Positions 37,987-46,296 of a DNA stretch of 46,660 bases are shown one piece after another. The position numbers and the translations under genes were made by a program. Source of the DNA: a virus (Duplodnaviria > Caudoviricetes). The notes under the pieces were generated by a model, which was given only the letters and a program-made list of their open reading frames with translations, was not told the DNA's origin and searched no databases. The stretch is from positions 1 to 46,660 of the IMG/VR virus record IMGVR_UViG_3300047555_000001, one strand, 5' to 3'. Position 1 is the stretch's first letter. The number at the start of each line of letters is the position of its first letter.

Positions 37987-38433
37987 TCAACGGGCTTTTT
38001 TCACATCCTCCAGACCGTTCTTTTCTTCATAGCGCCATAGGTATTTAACAATGTTCGCCACACATACCGCTTCCATTGGTTTCTTACCCACGGTAGCGGC
38101 CTTGATAGCGTCGATACACTCTATCCCACCCTGTGTATAGTGTGACGGGTGATTCACGTTGTCTTTGTTGGGGCACTTCTCACTGACGAGCGGTAAGTCG
38201 TTAAGATGGTCATATTCCACACGTTCACGCTGTGCAATAATACTGAATAAAGTAGGGTTAGCTATATTGAACAACATTCTTCCAGACCGTACCAATTGAG
38301 CTTTACACATATAATCAAAATCTTTCGCCCATAGTGATTCGCTGAGGTTATTTTCTTGGATTTTATGGGTGGCCCAATCTGGCGCACCTTCGAAATCAAA
38401 CGCAGACCCTTTGATATATCTAAATTCAGACAT
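37987..38433 (-). CDS. DUF3310 protein (T7 gp1.7-like), slightly truncated
   Basis: VNHPSHY..GGIECIDAI..KYLWR...KNGLEDVKKA. Confidence 0.8.
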   Translation of the reverse strand: MSEFRYIKGSAFDFEGAPDWATHKIQENNLSESLWAKDFDYMCKAQLVRSGRMLFNIANPTLFSIIAQRERVEYDHLNDLPLVSEKCPNKDNVNHPSHYTQGGIECIDAIKAATVGKKPMEAVCVANIVKYLWRYEEKNGLEDVKKAR

Positions 38434-38647
38434 GCTTTACCACCCATTTGCATAATTTATAAATCCAGATACCTGCAACTGGCACACCTAGCGCCAGAAT
38501 GAACCAAGCTGTGACAGGTATCCACCAAACGTATTGACCCGGTACATATGCTGACACCGAGCTATATGTCCAAAGAAGAACCCACACCACGAACATCAAC
38601 GCACCAATGCGACCCATACTATAGCCCCCGTAATAAGTAGCGCCCAA
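38426..38647 (-). CDS. small membrane protein
   Basis: Two hydrophobic segments. Confidence 0.55.
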   Translation of the reverse strand: MGATYYGGYSMGRIGALMFVVWVLLWTYSSVSAYVPGQYVWWIPVTAWFILALGVPVAGIWIYKLCKWVVKHV

Positions 38648-38683
38648 TCTGCGCGATTACCTTGCAGCAACCAGTCTAACCAT

Positions 38684-38878
38684 TCATACAACATGTTTGA
38701 TTTCCTTGTATTGCGGGTGGTCTACGGCTCGAATTTGGTTAGACTCAAACAACTCATCCCATTCTTTACCGTTAGCCGAACATTCCGTACCAATAAACTC
38801 GCGCAACTCGTCACGTTCTTTTTCCAGTGCTTTCATGTGTAGATATAATTGTTCATAGCTCATTTCAATTCTCCACAA
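38684..38878 (-). CDS. hypothetical protein
   Basis: 64 aa, coupled to upstream gene. Confidence 0.55.
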   Translation of the reverse strand: MWRIEMSYEQLYLHMKALEKERDELREFIGTECSANGKEWDELFESNQIRAVDHPQYKEIKHVV

Positions 38879-39069
38879 AGATAAGAAACACGCGCAATGA
38901 TTTCGCGACGGTGACCGGCTTCACTTACAAAGCGGTTATACATTTCCTGACTGCCGTTAATCTTCGCTACGATATCGCGGCATACGCGCTCATTGTTCGC
39001 GTTGGTTAATTTAGACGACCCCATGAGAGGGGTAACGTACCAGTAATCACGGTAAGTAAAAGTGTTCAT
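38860..39069 (-). CDS. hypothetical protein
   Basis: First gene after promoter; AAGGA RBS. Confidence 0.65.
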   Translation of the reverse strand: MNTFTYRDYWYVTPLMGSSKLTNANNERVCRDIVAKINGSQEMYNRFVSEAGHRREIIARVSYLCGELK

Positions 39070-39102
39070 TTTGCTTTATCCTTCTTTGTGGTTGACGCAC
39101 TT

Positions 39103-39131
39103 AATATAGCAACCGTTGACGGAGTGGTCAA
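39103..39131 (-). promoter_or_regulatory. palindrome-containing promoter
   Basis: TTGACC-17-TATATT; palindrome 39116-39131; inverted near-copy of 30812-30876. Confidence 0.8.
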
Positions 39132-39149
39132 CACTTATTTATCGCTTAT

Positions 39150-39177
39150 TTGACACTTTTTTTCACCGTGCTATCAT
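39150..39177 (+). promoter_or_regulatory. promoter of head operon
   Basis: TTGACA-16-TATCAT with TG extension. Confidence 0.6.
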
Positions 39178-39205
39178 GCTTACATCAAAGGACGCGGGTA
39201 GACCC

Positions 39206-40318
39206 ATGCAAATATTAGTCAACGACAGAATGAGTTACCGTATCACTCATCGGGAATATACCGATGAGGGATATTTACGTGTTCCTGGTAATGTGGCACG
39301 TAGCGGTATTCAGGAATATTTAGCGAGTGAGTTAGGTCTGGATGGTAACCCGAACCGCATTATCAAAGTTTATCGCCCGCCTGAAGAAGTGTTCTCATCT
39401 GATTCATTGGCTTCATACGACGGTGTAGACATCACCATAAATCACCCTGACGGGTTGGTCAACAGTAAAAACTACAAACGAGTATCAGTAGGTTTTATTC
39501 GCGGCATCGGTCGTCAAGCTGAGGATAATCACGTTGAATGTGACCACATTATCAAGGCACAGGAAGCAATCGACGCGATTAACTCTGGCAAGTGTGAACT
39601 CTCAGCGGGTTATACAGCCGTTTACGATGCGACACCCGGTACTACGCCAGAGGGTGAAGCATACGATTATATTCAACGTAGTATTAGAATTAACCATGTA
39701 GCAATTGTTGACCGTGCTCGTGCGGGTGCAACAGCAAGAATTTTCGACCACAAACCATTAGGAGGCATTTCGATGTCTGTATTGATCACGATTGACAGTG
39801 GACGCAGCGTTGATGTTGCTGATACTACAAACGCACAGTTGGTAGCGGATGCATTTGACCGTCTTACTAAACGTGTAACAGATGCCGAAGCGAGTCAACA
39901 GACTGCTCAGGCTATTTCTGATACTCTTGCTGACCAGGTTAAAGAACTTAAAACCGTGTCGAGTGATGAAGCTATCGCCAGTCGTGTAAAAGCTATCGCC
40001 GAACGTCAGATGACTGCTCGTAAAATCTGCGGCGACTCATTTACTTGTGACAGCGTTGACCCAGTTGAAATCATGAAAGCAGCGTTGACCGTTAAACTGC
40101 CAAAACGTGATTGGGCTGATAAATCGACTGCATATCTACAAGCCTCATTTGACATGGCGGCTGAACAGATTGAAGAGGAAGAGGAAGAAACTAAAGATAA
40201 TGCTGCTCAATTGGCACAGGTTGCCGCTGACGCTGCTGCTCGTAATAACGTGTATGATTCCACATCGGCATATGCTAAACGCAAGGCTGAACTTTCAAAT
40301 GCTTGGAAAGGAGCGTAA
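39206..40318 (+). CDS. head maturation protease/scaffold (DUF2213-like)
   Basis: ARSGIQEY, VYRPPEEVF, ELSAGY, NHVAIV..ARAG; likely start 39206. Confidence 0.85.
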   Translation: MQILVNDRMSYRITHREYTDEGYLRVPGNVARSGIQEYLASELGLDGNPNRIIKVYRPPEEVFSSDSLASYDGVDITINHPDGLVNSKNYKRVSVGFIRGIGRQAEDNHVECDHIIKAQEAIDAINSGKCELSAGYTAVYDATPGTTPEGEAYDYIQRSIRINHVAIVDRARAGATARIFDHKPLGGISMSVLITIDSGRSVDVADTTNAQLVADAFDRLTKRVTDAEASQQTAQAISDTLADQVKELKTVSSDEAIASRVKAIAERQMTARKICGDSFTCDSVDPVEIMKAALTVKLPKRDWADKSTAYLQASFDMAAEQIEEEEEETKDNAAQLAQVAADAAARNNVYDSTSAYAKRKAELSNAWKGA

Positions 40319-40320
40319 TA

Positions 40321-40824
40321 ATGCCTGTACAAAGTGCAACTTCTTATTCAACTACGCACGGTGCGGCGTATGCGGGTATGTTGGCTGACCAACAAGTTTA
40401 CAACACAGTATCCCGATTGAATAAATCATCAACCGTAACTATCCCATTTGGATATGGTGTTGTTAGTGATGGTGATAACGGTGCGAGATTGCCCGTTGCC
40501 AGTTCATTAAATGAAAACATCGTGGGTATTGCGATGCGCGAACTGACCCGTGCTTATCAGGAAAATGATGTATTCGGTGCCGTACCTACTCGAGACTTTG
40601 CTGTCATTACTCGCGGTGTTGTATATGTAACCGCTACAGTCAATGTAACCAAAGACCAACCAGTATATTTAATCGTTGGTGACGGTACAGGTACTAACCA
40701 AGGTAAATTCTCTAACGTAGTCGGTACAGGTGCCAATTTGGGTATTCTTGTAGTCGGTGCGAAATGGGTCACCAGTGCAGCCGCCGGTGCTTTAGCTCAG
40801 ATTTCATTGTCTCTCGGGGGTTAA
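40321..40824 (+). CDS. head decoration/cement protein
   Basis: Between protease and capsid; IPFGYGVV, RGVVYV. Confidence 0.7.
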   Translation: MPVQSATSYSTTHGAAYAGMLADQQVYNTVSRLNKSSTVTIPFGYGVVSDGDNGARLPVASSLNENIVGIAMRELTRAYQENDVFGAVPTRDFAVITRGVVYVTATVNVTKDQPVYLIVGDGTGTNQGKFSNVVGTGANLGILVVGAKWVTSAAAGALAQISLSLGG

Positions 40825-40826
40825 TA

Positions 40827-41807
40827 ATGCATTTAGTAACAGTTAACGATAGCGCTACTGGTCAATCGTACCAGTATGACGCAGATATGGTAATCAATAG
40901 TGCCGACAGTGGTTTAGCTTTTTACCTAAGTCAGTTGAACGTTCTGGAATCTAAAATTTACGAAGTAAAATATCGTAATATTATTTATCAGGACATTATC
41001 CCTGTTGATACTTCTGACCCTGAGTGGGTCGATAGCGTGAACTACATCAGTTACGACGGTGTGACAATGGGTAAATTCATTGCCGCTAACGGTAAAGATT
41101 TGCCACAGTCTGATATTGATGCAAGCATTTCAGAAATTAAGATCGGTTATGCTGGCAACAGCTACGGTTATACTCTGGAAGAATTGCGTAAATCTCAACA
41201 GATGCGTATGCCGTTGGACGTAACTAAAGCGCGTGTAACATTCCGTGGTGCTCAAGAACATATGCAGAAAGTCGCATTCTTTGGTGACTTGTCACGTAAA
41301 ATGACCGGTATGTTTAACAACCCAAATATCCCGTTGGGTAACTCCACTGTTAACTGGACGCTTCCGGCTACTACCGGTGCTGAGATGGTTAAAGATATGA
41401 ATGACTTGCTGGTCAGTGTTTGGACTAACTCAGCTAACGTTCATGTGCCGGGTGTGCTGCTGTTGCCGTCTGATAAGTGGGCCATCGCAAGTTCAAAACG
41501 TATGGATACCGGTACAGATACAACTGTAATGGAATTCTTCCGTTTGAATAACTTGTATACCGGTCTAACTGGTCAAGAGATTGAAATCCGTCCTATTCTG
41601 GAACTTCAGACAGCCGGTGCAAGCTCTAAACCGCGTATGATGGCGTATGAGAAGAATCCTGATAACCTGACACTGCGTCAACCTATTCCGTGGCGTTCAC
41701 TGGCTCCGCAACCTACCGGTCTGCGTATTGAAGTGCCATGTGAATATAAGACGAGCGGCGTTGAGTTTAGGTACCCCGGTTCAGCGGGTTACAAAGATAT
41801 GGTGTAA
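40827..41807 (+). CDS. major capsid protein (DUF2184-like)
   Basis: LESKIYEV.Y, YTLEEL, AFFGD....GMFNNP, GVEFRYP. Confidence 0.88.
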   Translation: MHLVTVNDSATGQSYQYDADMVINSADSGLAFYLSQLNVLESKIYEVKYRNIIYQDIIPVDTSDPEWVDSVNYISYDGVTMGKFIAANGKDLPQSDIDASISEIKIGYAGNSYGYTLEELRKSQQMRMPLDVTKARVTFRGAQEHMQKVAFFGDLSRKMTGMFNNPNIPLGNSTVNWTLPATTGAEMVKDMNDLLVSVWTNSANVHVPGVLLLPSDKWAIASSKRMDTGTDTTVMEFFRLNNLYTGLTGQEIEIRPILELQTAGASSKPRMMAYEKNPDNLTLRQPIPWRSLAPQPTGLRIEVPCEYKTSGVEFRYPGSAGYKDMV

Positions 41808-41820
41808 AATCAATAACTTA

Positions 41821-41844
41821 GACCCTCTTCGGAGGGTTTTTTTT
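41821..41844 (+). terminator. intrinsic terminator after capsid gene
   Basis: ACCCTC-TTCG-GAGGGT + T-run. Confidence 0.85.
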
Positions 41845-41849
41845 AACCG

Positions 41850-41906
41850 TTGTGCCTCAGTATAAAACATGTATAATTGGTTACTTGGGTTTATACTGAG
41901 GCACAA
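41850..41906 (+). promoter_or_regulatory. 17-bp inverted repeat enclosing a promoter and covering the endonuclease RBS
   Basis: TTGTGCCTCAGTATAAA / TTTATACTGAGGCACAA; TATAAT at 41872-41877; GAGG at 41898-41901. Confidence 0.7.
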
Positions 41907-41912
41907 TAAGCG

Positions 41913-43337
41913 ATGACAGCAAAAAGAGTTAGAGTTACCAAAGATATATTTGTAGAACGTGCTAACAATACTCATAACCATAGATATAAGTACGACGCAG
42001 TGCAGTTTAAAACTGTCCACGATTTCATCAGCATATCATGCCCCATTCATGGAATATTCGAGCAGAAAGCATACTCCCACTTGGCTGGCGTAGGGTGTAA
42101 ACAATGTGGACATGATGAAAGCGCTGGAAAAAGAAGAATGGAAGAAAGTGAGTTTCTAAAAAGAGCTGACGAAGTACATTTTGATACGTATAATTACTCA
42201 CTAGTAAAGTATATAAAATCGTCATTAAATATTAAAATTATTTGCAAGGTACACGGGGTTTTCAATCAGAATCCCAAAGACCACTTGCGTGGTCAGGGTT
42301 GCCCCAAATGTAACGCAGGTGGAAGGTTATCACTGGATGACTTTCTAAAAAGAGCCAAAGAAGTACATTCCGATACATACGATTATTCGAAAGTGGAATA
42401 CGTACATTCAAAAAAGACAGTAACCATTATCTGTAAAATTCACGGTGTGTTCCATCAAACCCCTGAGTCACATGTTAAACAACGGTCAGGCTGTCAATCG
42501 TGTGCAGCAAGTATGGGAGTATCAAAAGGTGAGACCGAACTTTACAGATTCGTTAAAAGTTTAACCCCGGACGCCATGCGAACAGATAGAACAGTCATAC
42601 ACCCTAAAGAGCTAGATATCGTAGTACCCTCACAAAAAATAGCGGTAGAATATAACGGAGTATATTGGCATAGTGATTCATCAAATAAAAATACACATCG
42701 GCACTTTGAAAAGCGTTTAAAAACTGAAAAAGAAGGTTATAGATTGATAAGCATTCGTTCAGACCTTTGGGAGGGGCGACGCACACAGGTTGAATCAATT
42801 ATACGAAACGCATTACAGAGTAATAAAGAAAAAATATTTGCTCGAAAATGTACAATCTCCCCCATATCTCATAACACCGCCAAACCTTTTTTGGATGTGT
42901 ATCATATTCAAGGGTCTAGACCGGCATCACAATACTGGGGCATGTTTTACAATGGTACATTGGTGGCAGTGATGACCATCACCTATAAAAACAAAACAGA
43001 TTCATGGGAGCTTATTAGATTTGCAACATGTTGTAATGTGGTTGGCGGTCTTAGTAAAATGTGGAAACACATCACCAGGGTGAACAATATATGTGCGGCT
43101 TTTTCTTACGTAGATAGGGACTTATTTACCGGGGGTAGTTATAGAAACGCAGGCTTCATGTATGATTCCACTACTGTAGGGTTTCGTATTGTAGTGGGTA
43201 AAAATACTGAATCGCGTCAGAAATGGAACAAGGCTCCCGATGGGTTGACTCAATCAGAATGGTACTCTCGCGAGGGAGTGTCAAGAATTTATGATTCTGG
43301 TCAAGATAAAATTGTGTGGTATACTCAAAACATATGA
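41913..43337 (+). CDS. Hef-like free-standing homing endonuclease
   Basis: Three C..HG.F...H..G.GC..C repeats; ELDI...AVEYNGVYWH nuclease motif; ARKC...HIQG...ELIRFA C-terminal domain. Confidence 0.7.
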   Translation: MTAKRVRVTKDIFVERANNTHNHRYKYDAVQFKTVHDFISISCPIHGIFEQKAYSHLAGVGCKQCGHDESAGKRRMEESEFLKRADEVHFDTYNYSLVKYIKSSLNIKIICKVHGVFNQNPKDHLRGQGCPKCNAGGRLSLDDFLKRAKEVHSDTYDYSKVEYVHSKKTVTIICKIHGVFHQTPESHVKQRSGCQSCAASMGVSKGETELYRFVKSLTPDAMRTDRTVIHPKELDIVVPSQKIAVEYNGVYWHSDSSNKNTHRHFEKRLKTEKEGYRLISIRSDLWEGRRTQVESIIRNALQSNKEKIFARKCTISPISHNTAKPFLDVYHIQGSRPASQYWGMFYNGTLVAVMTITYKNKTDSWELIRFATCCNVVGGLSKMWKHITRVNNICAAFSYVDRDLFTGGSYRNAGFMYDSTTVGFRIVVGKNTESRQKWNKAPDGLTQSEWYSREGVSRIYDSGQDKIVWYTQNI

Positions 43338-43360
43338 CAACCCGAGGATGAAACCTAATT

Positions 43361-43696
43361 ATGACAATTTTAAAATGCGCACCACATACAGCACGTATGA
43401 TTATCATTAACATTGGTGATGAACTGGATACAAATTATCGACTACTACCCGGTGGCCCGGATGCACCGGCTGTTGAAGTACCTGAATCAGTGTTACAAAT
43501 TGATTTTGTGAAATCACTGATCAAACTGGGTGATATTGTAGTCGTTCACCAGTTTGCAGATGAAGAGCCTGAAGTTGAAATGGCAGGGGTAGATATTGAT
43601 AGTCTACGCAAACAATGTGACCTGTTAGGTATCGAATATACCCGTAAATGGGATGAAGCCAAGTTACAAATGGCTATTGACGCAGCTACTAAATAA
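43361..43696 (+). CDS. hypothetical head-associated protein
   Basis: Position after capsid; helical C-terminal LRKQCDLLGIEY. Confidence 0.65.
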   Translation: MTILKCAPHTARMIIINIGDELDTNYRLLPGGPDAPAVEVPESVLQIDFVKSLIKLGDIVVVHQFADEEPEVEMAGVDIDSLRKQCDLLGIEYTRKWDEAKLQMAIDAATK

Positions 43697-43710
43697 AAAT
43701 ATCGCCCCGA

Positions 43711-43869
43711 TTAAGGGGCGTTTTCTTTACGTTCTCTAATCATTTTCCGCTGCCTACACCTCGCACGACACATAATCTGTTTTGAACTTGTCTTAGTAAA
43801 CCACTCGCCACACTCTGGACAACGGTACTGTAAAGTCCCGCATGACGTACAACGACGCCTATCCGTCAT
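43711..43869 (-). CDS. 52-aa zinc-finger-like protein
   Basis: MTDRRRCTSCGTLQYRCPECGEWF...MCRARCRQR...ENAP; AAGGGG RBS. Confidence 0.55.
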   Translation of the reverse strand: MTDRRRCTSCGTLQYRCPECGEWFTKTSSKQIMCRARCRQRKMIRERKENAP

Positions 43870-43957
43870 AGTATCTCACACCCCTTTTATTACCCTGCGT
43901 ACTGTACCACTATTTAGTTATCGCTAACATTGGCGGTGCTTAAATAGGTAAACAAAA

Positions 43958-44674
43958 ATGACTGATATGACTTTGATTCCTACTGGTGGTGATGCTGGTA
44001 TGACTGGTGTCGCCGCCGCCGCCGGTGCGTTTATTGGGTCTGCATTCACCAATGGCGGTTTTGGTCGCGGTGCAGTGGTCGCGGATGGTGCTAATGCATC
44101 CACAACTGCTGTTGCAGGTGCCGCAGCAAACATGCTGACCACTGCTCTTGTTAGTGATATTGGCTCTATTCAGGACAGTTTGAACACTATCGGGTTGAAC
44201 ATTGTTCAGGGTCAAGGTACTACAAATATGACCGTAGCTAACGCAGCGGCATCAAGTTATACCGGTTTAACCTCTCAGAACACGCAAAACATGCTGGCTA
44301 ACTTGAATAGTTTTGCCAATGTCAATGCGAGTGTCGCGGCAGGTAACAGCGCTATATTGTCTACCCTGAACACCAATGAAGTTAATAACCTCACTCGTAG
44401 CTTCCAAGCTCAACTTGCCGCCGCTGCCTGTTGCTGCGAGACAAACCTGAATATCGAGCGTCAGGGTAACGCTACTCGTGATTTAATGCGCGACCAGTTC
44501 GCAACCTCTCAAGCTGTTTTAATTTGTGATTTAAAAGCACAGCAAAACGCATTGCAATTCCAACTGTCTCAAGCTGCTCAAACTGCTCACCTGGACTGCA
44601 AAATTAATAATGTTGCACAGTTGGTCAATTTCAAAATTCCAACACCGCCAACACCGCCAACCGGTTGTTGCTGA
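43958..44674 (+). CDS. Gly-rich/coiled-coil protein with CCCET motif
   Basis: 238 aa, AGGT RBS, terminator directly after. Confidence 0.8.
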   Translation: MTDMTLIPTGGDAGMTGVAAAAGAFIGSAFTNGGFGRGAVVADGANASTTAVAGAAANMLTTALVSDIGSIQDSLNTIGLNIVQGQGTTNMTVANAAASSYTGLTSQNTQNMLANLNSFANVNASVAAGNSAILSTLNTNEVNNLTRSFQAQLAAAACCCETNLNIERQGNATRDLMRDQFATSQAVLICDLKAQQNALQFQLSQAAQTAHLDCKINNVAQLVNFKIPTPPTPPTGCC

Positions 44675-44681
44675 TAACTCC

Positions 44682-44705
44682 GCGCCCCTTAGGGGGCGCT
44701 TTTTT
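44682..44705 (+). terminator. intrinsic terminator
   Basis: GCGCCCC-TTAG-GGGGCGC-T6. Confidence 0.8.
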
Positions 44706-44716
44706 AAGGGTTCAAT

Positions 44717-44962
44717 ATGTCTAAATATTTAATGGTTAAAAAAGCGGAAAAGGATGTTGACATTGCAGAAGTTGTGGAACGTCTGACAGAACACCCCAAA
44801 GAATGGGCCGCATACGGAGATAGTTTGAATGGGTTATCCCAGATAGTGGGATTGGAATACGCACAGTTTCAAGTCGCTAAAACTGATAATGACCGTCAGG
44901 CGATGAAAGACGAAGCAACAGAGTTAGCCGCTGCCTGTATAAACTTAATAAAACACATGTAA
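44717..44962 (+). CDS. hypothetical helical protein
   Basis: 81 aa, AAGGG RBS. Confidence 0.7.
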   Translation: MSKYLMVKKAEKDVDIAEVVERLTEHPKEWAAYGDSLNGLSQIVGLEYAQFQVAKTDNDRQAMKDEATELAAACINLIKHM

Positions 44963-44978
44963 TAAATAGGGAACCGAC

Positions 44979-45485
44979 ATGGCAATCGAATCATTACCTG
45001 CGCTGGGCGTATCTCAAATAAAAGAAGTCGACACTAAGCAAGTCATAATGATAGGTAACGACGAGTGGCGATTGAAACGTGACGCGTCAGACTCTTCATC
45101 CAATTTCGCACACGAACGTGTTAATTGGATTGAACAAGGTTGTCACAAGGTATTCAATCAACCTTTCTACGCTTGTTGGATCAAAGGTGTGATATTACCT
45201 GCGCCAAATTCGCTGGAAAAATCACTATACGTCATGTATGTCGGTTTCCATTCTAACCAGATTAACATGTCACCGGCATCACTGACCGTTGATGATTTAA
45301 AATGTATGCATATTTATGGACGCTCGGAGCCACGCTTCCCGGAAGAGTTTGTGAATAGCTTCCTGGGTGTGGAAATAGTCGAGGAAGTGAAACGCGAACC
45401 GATATCAGCACAACCGCCAAAAATGAAGAGTGCGCCGCGTAAGAATGTGGAGGTAGTGAAAGATGCCGAAACAGACAATGAGTGA
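44979..45485 (+). CDS. hypothetical protein
   Basis: 168 aa, AGGGA RBS. Confidence 0.7.
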   Translation: MAIESLPALGVSQIKEVDTKQVIMIGNDEWRLKRDASDSSSNFAHERVNWIEQGCHKVFNQPFYACWIKGVILPAPNSLEKSLYVMYVGFHSNQINMSPASLTVDDLKCMHIYGRSEPRFPEEFVNSFLGVEIVEEVKREPISAQPPKMKSAPRKNVEVVKDAETDNE

Positions 45486-45708
45486 GCTGTCGGAATCACT
45501 GGCTGACCGGGCAGATATTATCATAGCGGAAGGTCATTCCCCACTTGATATCATGAAATCAGCCTTTGCAGACTTCCGGGCGTTGGGTAGCATGTCCGGC
45601 GTCATGTCGGTAATGTCCACTGGTAAGTTGACGCAGAATCAAATCGACATATCGAAACGTATTGTCGCTAAAGTGCTGGCGGTGATTAATAAGCAAGAAG
45701 CCCCGTAA
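45463..45708 (+). CDS. hypothetical protein
   Basis: 81 aa, GGAGG upstream. Confidence 0.65.
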   Translation: MPKQTMSELSESLADRADIIIAEGHSPLDIMKSAFADFRALGSMSGVMSVMSTGKLTQNQIDISKRIVAKVLAVINKQEAP

Positions 45709-45725
45709 TGGGGCTTAATCATTAC

Positions 45726-46271
45726 TCACGCCTCTGGTGGTGTTGGTACGCCGATCATATTGTTCAAGTCGGTTATCTGTACAGTGGGTAGATTGATAAC
45801 AGGTTTTTCAATTTCGGACGGTATCAATTCCGCCCAAACGTTCACTCGAACCGTTTCTCTTATTTCTTTACGTTTCTCTTTCTTATTGTGAATGTTATCA
45901 AACATGTCAGATAATGGGTTATCAGCGAGAATGACATACCGATTACATCCGTTATTATATGGGAAAATTACTTCATCCTCGAAACCCCAATTGACAGATT
46001 TACCTGCGATATTTAATTGGACAATCGAATCCGTATTAATATGGTCGCAATCTTTACGTATCAAAAAGTCTTCGGGGATTACTGATATAAATTTAGCAAA
46101 CTGTTTTTTCAGTTTGGTCAACTCTTAAATCTTATCACCGGTAGCGAATTTAATTAATTCAGCGCTGAACGCATTTCCCAATGCTTTAATTTCTTCATTT
46201 TGTACAACAGTTGCTTTTTCTATAGCTTTATTGACAATCTGGGTGCGAATTGTATTTGTAAGACGTGTCAT
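45726..46271 (-). pseudogene. Nmad5-like gene interrupted by in-frame TAA
   Basis: ATG 46271 (MTRLTNTIRTQIVNKAIEKA) in frame with ORF 45726-46121; TAA at 46127-46125. Confidence 0.6.
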
Positions 46272-46296
46272 AATTTGCTTTCTCTCTGTGTTTAAA

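Noticed and set aside
37951-37989. Genome-wide stop-codon reassignment
   Set aside because: TGA, TAA and TAG all end normal genes and core genes are intact in code 11
39116-39205. ORF-track N-terminal extensions (39116, 36975, 40764, 22318)
   Set aside because: They run through promoters or upstream genes; downstream ATGs fit better
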